64,000 nucleotides of DNA, taken from the NCBI GenBank assembly GCA_002269645.1, contig NIVC01000892.1, positions 1-64,000 on the forward strand, read 5' to 3'. A program made the translations under genes and the position numbers. Source of the stretch: Macrostomum lignano (lineage: Eukaryota). This document shows, piece by piece, positions 56,965-64,000 of the stretch. The notes beneath the pieces are model-generated. The model was not told the DNA's origin. It searched no databases and worked only from the letters and a program-made list of their open reading frames with translations. Positions within the stretch are counted from its first letter, which is position 1, and every line of letters starts with the position of its first letter.

Positions 56965-57710
56965 GGAGTCGGTAGATAAGAGCCGATAGATAAGAGGCGG
57001 CTCAATGGAGTCGGTAGATAAGAGCCGGTAGATAAGAGGCGGTAGATAAGAGCCGGTAGATAAGAGGCGGTAGATAAGAGGCGGTAGATAAGAGGCGGTA
57101 GATAAGAGGCAGTAGATAAGAGCCGGTAGATAAGAGGCGGTAGATAAGAGCCGGTAGATAAGAATCGGTAGATAAGAGGCGGTAGATAAGAGGCGGTAGA
57201 TAAGAGGCGGTAGATAAGGGTCGATAGAAAATAATCAGTAGATAAGAGTCGGTAGATAAGAGGCAGTAGATAAGAGTCGGTAGATAAGAGTCGGTAGAAA
57301 AGAGGCAGTAGATAAGAGGCAGTAGATAAGTTCGGTAGATAAGAGTCGGCAGATAAGAGGCAGTAGATAAGAGTCGGTAGATAAGATTCGGTAGATAAGA
57401 GGCAGTAGATAAGAGTCGGTAGATAAGAATCGGTAGATAAGAGGCAGTAGATAAGAGTCGGTAGATAAGAATCGGTAGATAAGAGGCAGTAGATAAGAGT
57501 CGGTAGAAAAGAGTCGGTAGATAAGAGGCAGTAGATAAGAGTCGGTAGATAAGAGGCAGTAGATAAGAGGCAGTAGATAAGAGGCAGTAGAAAAGAGTCG
57601 GTAGATAAGAGTCAGTAGATAAGAAGCAGTAGATAAGAGGCAGTAGATAAGAGTCGGTAGATAAGAGTCGGTAGAAAAGAGTCGGTAGCGAAAAGTCGGC
57701 AGAAGAGTCG
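56965..57710. repeat. 14-bp minisatellite (GGTAGATAAGAGTC and variants)
   Basis: Direct reading. Confidence 0.95.
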
Positions 57711-58174
57711 CTGGGTGCCATGCGCCGGCACACTCACCCAGTTGATGCCATCTTCAAAGTCGCCGCAGAAAGTGCATCCATCGTAAGAATCCGGCCCGTC
57801 CATGGCTTTTTATGTGTCAAATGAATTCATGCGAAAAAGAACTGTTGTTAAATCGTTTGGAAAGTCAGTTCGTTTAACTTCAATACAGTACAGTAAGCCT
57901 GGGGATTCAAGTTTTAACTGTTTCTATATAGGACTACAATTTCAAACGTTTATCACAATCAGTCCCATCAACTATTGGCTATGCCATTCTACCTCTGGAA
58001 GAGCTTCAACAAACCACGGGCAGACTTCCCAGAAACTGTCATATAGTCAAGCGCTTGCAAATCCATTGGCTAACGGGCTGGATGACCAATAGGAGGGAAA
58101 TTGCGATTTAAAACTATTCAAAACAAAGTCTGACGTCTTAGTATCAATCTGCGCATTCTGTTATCGGGAATAAT

Positions 58175-59340
58175 GGAACTGGAGGGAGGTATGGGAGGTG
58201 AGGAAGGTATGGGATCTTGAGGGAGGTATGAGAGCTGAGGGAGGTTTGGGAGCTGAGAGAGGTAGGGAGCAGAGGGAGGTAGGGAATGGAGGGAGCGGAG
58301 GGAGGTAGGGAGCGGAGGGAGGTTTGGGAGCTGAGAGAGGTTGGGAGCGGAGGGAGGTAGGGAGCGGAGGGAGGTAGGGAGCGGAGGGAGGTAGGGAGCG
58401 GAGTGGTAGGGAGCGGAGGGAGGTAGGGAGCGGAGGGAGGTAGGGAGCGGAGGGAGGTAGGGAGCGGAGTGGTAGGGAGCGGAGGGAGGTAGGGAGCGGA
58501 GGGAGGTAGGGAGCGGAGGGAGGTAGGGAGCGGAGGGAGGTAGGGAACAAAGGGAGGTAGGGAGCGGAGTGGTAGGGAGCTGAGGGAGGTAGGGAATGGA
58601 GGGAGCGGAGGGAGGTAGGGAACAAAGGGAGGTAGGGAGCGGAGTGGTAGGGAGCGGAGTGGTAGGGAGCTGAGGGAGGTAGGGAACAAAGGGTGGTAGG
58701 GAGCGGAGTGGTAGGGAGCTGAGGGAGGTAGGGAATGGAGGGAGGTAGGGAGCGGAGGGAGGTAGGGAGCGGAGGGAGGTAGGGAGCGGAGGGAGGTAGG
58801 GAGCGGAGGGAGGTAGGGAGCGGAGGGAGGTAGGGAGCGGAGGGAGGTAGGGAGCGGAGGGAGGTAGGGAGCGGAGGGAGGTAGGGAGCGGAGGGAGGTA
58901 GGGAGCGGAGGGAGGTAGGGAGCGGAGGAAGGTAGGGAGCGGAGGGAGGTAGGGAGCGGAGGGAGGTAGGGAGCGGAGGGAGGTAGGGAGCGGAGGAAGG
59001 TAGGGAGCGGAGGGAGGTAGGGAGCGGAGGGAGGTAGGGAGCGGAGGGAGGTAGGGAGGTAGGGAGCGGAGGGAGGTAGGGAGGTAGGGAGCGGAGGGAG
59101 GTAGGGAGCGGAGGGAGGTAGGGAGCGGAGGGAGGTAGGGAGCGGAGGGAGGTAGGGAGGTAGGGAGCGGAGGGAGGTAGAGAGCGGAGGGAGGTAGGGA
59201 GCGGAGGGAGGTAGGGAGCGGAGGGAGGTAGGGAGATAGGGAGCGGAGGGAGGTAGGGAGCGGAGGGAGGTAGGGAGCGGAGGGAGGTAGGGAGCGGAGG
59301 GAGGTAGGAAGCGGAGGGAGGTGGAGAGCGGATTGGGAGC
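58175..59340. repeat. 17-bp G-rich minisatellite (GGGAGCGGAGGGAGGTA)
   Basis: Direct reading. Confidence 0.95.
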
Positions 59341-61272
59341 GAATTGAGGAAGGATGTGCAGCACTTGGGGAGAAGGTACATGTACATTTAGGAAGAGGAG
59401 GTTATCCGGTAGAGAGTGTAAGGGAACAGAGTTCGAAGAAATTCCGACTCAATTTGAGAAATATACACCTACCGCGACATTAAAATATTTTACTGTAAAT
59501 TCATTACAGTTATAAAAGCATTCATAAAAAAATTACTTTCTGGAAATCTTAACAAAATAAGCTTCATGTAGCTATATAGAGAAGCTTAAAAATATATATC
59601 GTTATTATTGACGCTAGTGCATCATACATGTGCAGTAAATTATATGATGGCTTTATAGTCGCTAAACATGCAGTTCAAACACAGTTTTTGGAGCAGTCGC
59701 TGCTATAGAAGTTCATAAAACCTATCATGATGATCAGCTAGCTTGCCAACATTGATAGATTTAGTTGCAACAATACACGCTTACAGCTAAAAAATTACAC
59801 ACAACTGTAACATTTTACTCACAGGGCCAGATTTGTTCTCCATGCATAAGTACGACCGTTACAGCTAGCTTCATATACATGTATTTCACTGCAAGCAACA
59901 ATATATTCTAAAAACGATCAATACAATCAATAGTACGAAATAATAATTACACAAAGACAGAGCTCCACAAAAGTCAGTAATGGCTAAAAAGTACATTACT
60001 ATTCTATTAAGTTTTTGCAATTGTACATTAAGTTCTCTTTCTCAACGTAGACCGATTTATAGTCTACAGCATTGGCGCACGGAAAATTGGATTTTTTGTC
60101 TGTTGCTTTTACAATAAATGTTCTCAAATTTCACAATAAGTTAAGCCATGTCTTCAACCGAAACAACTCGATTTTGTGCGCATCAAAACAAGAGCGCACT
60201 TTGCAATAATGGCTACTTGCCTTATCTTTTTAAAATTCAGTGTGAGATACGAGAAAGCTACCAGACTACGGAGCAGTTTCTACTACTTCAATGGCTCTTT
60301 ACTCTACAAACCAAAAGATTAAATTTGATTTCAGTATTTTAAAGGGTGATTTCTTCAGATTAACGTAGAAGCAGCCTCAGAACGGGTGTTGGTGTTTCGC
60401 GGCCTGGCCCGGCCCAGGGCCGCGGCGTTGTTACTTTAGTTTTTAACTTAATTTAAAAAATAGAGCATCAGAAGTTCATTAAATTGACAATCAATATTTT
60501 ACAACGCAGTAAACTCACAATTGACTCTAAAAATATGCGGCATTCTGGTCAGTATTTTTTGTTTTACTTATTTACTAAAATAGATTTACATTGGCTAAAT
60601 ACTATTAGGGGGATCGCCCAGGACGGGCCGGGCCGTGAATTACCGATTCCCCTCGAAACAGTAAATTTATTCGTTTGAATTGGTAAAACAAAAGTCACAA
60701 CATTTTGTTAATTTTAAGAATTGACACATAACTTACACACACAAAATCTGTAACAGTATAGTTTTTATTACATTTTAAAGTTTAGCTATAGCATTCGTCA
60801 TGAAAATGAATATTTTTTTAACTTCCTTCAAAGCGATAATTAAACAAAAATTTCGCGCCTGCGCGAGTCTCTTTGGCCCGGGCCATCAGCCGTGGATGTG
60901 TGCCTCTGGCTCTACTAGTACTACTACTTGACATTTTAAATATTTGTCCTTGCCATATGTTCTCGCTTTGATTTTAGCCTTAGTTATTTTTAATTTTAAA
61001 CTTAATTCGAGCCTTTGATTTAAATTATTACAATAATTATTATTAGATATGTCTATCGCCTTGGGCTTGGATTTAGTAGTAGGCTAGAATCTACTAGATG
61101 AGGTTAAATTTTAGTTTATGACTATGCCTAATCAAGTTGCATTTTAGATTTAATCTTCAGGTTACAATAATGCTATTAGATTTTGGCATGATATGATGTA
61201 TTAGGGTGAGCCAAAAGTTTCCAGAATTTGAACAATTTAAAACTATAACAAATAGTGTCAAGAACAAACAGT

Positions 61273-62834
61273 TTACAGCGATGTGATGTAGTTGCCATTC
61301 AAAGCCCTGACCCTCTCCCATCTTGCTGGCAATGCCTCAATCCCCTCCCTCCAGAAGCTCGCAGTCTTTGAATCAATCCATTTCTGCACTGCCTGCTCCA
61401 CATGTTGCTTGTTGGCAAACCGCTGTCCATCACAAAAGCTCTGGAGAGACCTGAACACATGGTAGTCGCATGGCAAGAGGTCTAGCAAGTATGGTGGGTG
61501 GGGCAAAACACTGAAGCCCAGGCTTGCCAGCTTGGCCTGGGTGAGTCTTGCTTTGTGAGGCCGCACATTGTCGAAGAGGAGCATCTTGTTGCGGTGCCCC
61601 GGGCACACGAATTGCAGCAAATGGGCGACCTGCTCCAGTTTGCTGCAGATCACCTCTGCGTTCACAGCCATGCCATGCGGGATGACCTCCCAAAAAACAG
61701 GGCCAGACGAGCAAAACCAGAAAGAGAGCAGCTCCTTGCTGCAGTGGGGGTTCCGCATTGGGCAGCTGGGCCATAGTTAGGAAGGTGTCCCATATACCCT
61801 GGAATGTACGCCGAGGAAAGGTTTCATGTGTAGGCTGATGTATGCCGATCTTTCAGAACTCAATTTTCCAAACTCTACAGGTACGCCAAATTGTATGCCA
61901 AAAAATTACGATTAATTTTTTTTTAAACTGTAGCGGATAATGAGTGTTAATAAACAAAGTAAAAATTGTACTAATTAAAAGCGCGGGGATTTTAGATTAT
62001 ATTTGCAAATTTACTTTATAAATAAATTTCCCCTTGAGCATAAAATTTTAAAAAAGTAAGATAACTAAAAAAGATTTTTAATATCAATTTTTTTGACTTC
62101 ACATATTTCAGTATTGTATTATCACGACACAACAAAGCAATTTGAACAATAACCCTTTGTACGGCGTACAAGGATGCTATCCAATAGGTATGCCAATCAT
62201 TTTGGCGTACCAAAATTTGCACGCCAATAATGTACGCCAAAATTTATCTAATGTAAATGCACGCTGGAATTTTCCAGCATATAGGACACCTTCCTGACTA
62301 TGGCAGCTGGGTGGTTCTTCAGAAGCATCAACCCAGATGGCTGATGTGCTTGGGTTCTCACAGTAGACCCACTTCTTATCTTGAGTGATTATCAACTTGA
62401 GAAAGTTTGGCGAACCGGCCTAGTGAAGATTTGAAGTCGCCACATCCCCCTGGCTCTTAGCTGCTGAGGTGTCAGCTCATGGGGCACCAGAGTTGGCTTC
62501 TTCGGCACCTTGTCCGCAGCATGCAGGCTCCACTGGACTGTGCCATAGGACACCCCAGTAGCAGCTGGCAGCTTGCACACGCTGTAGTCCGGATTGTCCC
62601 CAAGGGCTTGGAGAACGGCATTGCCATCAGCAGCAGGGGGTTGGCCTGAACTCAGCTTGTCCTTCAGCTCATAGTTCTCCTCAGCAAAGCGAGAGAACTA
62701 GTCGTACACTGACGACTTGGAGGGTGCATGTGGGCCCATCAGCTGCAACAACTCGCGATGTGCCTCTGCTGTATTGCGTCCCGCATGAAAGTGATTGAGC
62801 AGAATTGCTCGCCATTCAGTCTTGGCAGTTCCAT
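61273..62834 (-). pseudogene. Mariner transposase pseudogene
   Basis: HTH region WRAILLNHFHAGRNTAEAHREL; decayed catalytic motifs TQDKKW, LFDNVRPH and HPPYLLDLLPCDYHVF; stops, frameshifts and the MITE insertion. Confidence 0.9.
61771..62303. mobile_element. 533-bp non-autonomous MITE with 8-bp TSD
   Basis: TIRs CCATAGTYAGGAAGGTGTCC; TSD CAGCTGGG at 61763-61770 and 62304-62311; subterminal GTACGCCAAA repeats. Confidence 0.9.
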
Positions 62835-64000
62835 TGGATGCGTTTGCTGGCTTAAGTAGGCAGGGTCTGGGAACTGAGAGATGTTAAGCTAAAGAGTGAT
62901 GATAAGGCTGGCCAACAGCATAGTAGATGGTTGCTGCTTTTAAGCTTTTCCATAGACAAAAATTAACTAAAAGTTTGATTCTAAAAAATTCCGGAAACTT
63001 TTGGCTCACCCTAATAATTATCATAATCACTATATCATCATTATCAAATTGCGCCAGACAAAGCAGTGGCAAAAGTTAGGCCTAATTATTCGCTGCACGC
63101 TGAATATATGAGTTGGGATTGTGACAGCTATTTCAGGGAATGGACTCTCTTTTTATTCTTGTTTGCTTGGAATACCACGCTAAACAAATACATGATTGAG
63201 CTTGCACTCTCAAAAGTCTGTTCCATGAACTAGATGTCACAACATTGCAGATGCCACAGCATTCTTTCATTTTGCAATTACGTAGCACTATCCATTTGGG
63301 AGTCAGGACTTTCAATATACATTCCCCCTTAGAAGACAGCAAAATTATAAGTTAAAATTACTCTTAAAATCTAACTTCAAAATAGGACCACTTCTAAGCT
63401 TAGTAGGCCTATTGTCATTGACATTGTAGCATCAACTCAACTTGTCTCTTGTGTTTTGTTAGGAATATAGCTTATATTCACTTTTCTCATAAAATCATTT
63501 AAATGGTCAATTTATATATAGGTGATGATAAGACAGAACCAAAAGAGCTTATTGGATTTGAATTACAATCACAAACAACAAAATTATATTAGAGGGATTG
63601 TAGGTTCTATTTCAAAATTTTAGAAAATTATCAGTATAGGCCTATTAATCAATTGATAGAAATCCTGCTATTTTGTCTTGGCTAAATCTTGGACATTCCA
63701 TAGAAGCAAGAATTGGACATTTATAGGCCTAACTAATGCACTTGCTTTCGGCCCCCTTTCACTTTTGTTTTACAATCCTATAGTAAAATAGATGTATGTT
63801 TTATATTGAGCAGGATTGTAAGACAAAAGTAGGCCTTAAGGGGGTGCAGAAGCAATTACTATCAAAACACATAATTTTGTTCTTAACTGCACGTCAATAA
63901 TTGATAGAAATATCTCGTTTGACTATTTTATATAGACTAGACTTCATGTTAGTAAAATAAAAATAATTGGAACCATCTATTCAATTTTGTGATATGATCC

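Larger units (their letters stand above)
61201..63014 (-). mobile_element. Mariner (DD34D) transposon, degenerate, with a nested MITE
   Basis: TIRs TTAGGGTGAGCCAAAAGTTTCCRGAATT at both ends with TA TSDs (61199-61200, 63015-63016); about 1.27 kb once the MITE and its TSD are removed. Confidence 0.93.

Noticed and set aside
54372-57803. Additional 5' exons of the SRCIN1-like gene (54.4-54.6 kb, 57.7-57.8 kb, ~51.1-51.2 kb)
   Set aside because: Plausible-looking, but I could not link them by consistent splice sites or homology.
57002-59387. Extensin-like or repeat-protein ORFs (243, 406 and 408 aa)
   Set aside because: By-products of 14-bp and 17-bp satellites, open in several frames with no unique sequence.
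60340-60930. Helitron or Harbinger-like element (GC-rich GGCCC palindromes, CTAGT)
   Set aside because: No matching termini, TSD or convincing terminal hairpin could be defined.

Overview
Eukaryotic (animal) genomic DNA; no prokaryotic, rRNA, true tRNA or CRISPR features are supported. The tandem-repeat-filled introns and Ala/Gln/Ser-rich proteins resemble a flatworm such as Macrostomum (inference only). Bases 1 to ~9912 are the right-hand part of a largely intact endogenous Maverick/Polinton (adintovirus-like) virus. All its ORFs lie on the + strand: a TBP-like ORF cut by the window edge (absent from the ORF track), a C2H2/GSxW ORF, dUTPase, parvovirus-type PLA2, packaging ATPase, penton, two core-like proteins, an unknown ORF, integrase with chromodomain, major capsid protein and adenain protease. 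No polymerase catalytic domain is in the window. A TATAAG(C) motif lies shortly upstream of eight viral ORFs, and I found it nowhere else on the viral + strand. Together with the TBP-like gene this suggests a virus-specific transcription system, which is the top lead. The rest is host DNA: an intronless CYP2-clan P450, SLC22A18 (5 exons, one GC-AG intron), an F-box/LRR gene, FANCJ/BRIP1, FAM78 and an SRCIN1/KIAA1217-like gene. It also holds tRNA-derived SINEs, MITEs, two decayed mariners (one with a nested MITE), a 278-bp-arm hairpin and more than 20 mini/microsatellites. Exon boundaries were worked out by hand; repeat boundaries are approximate.
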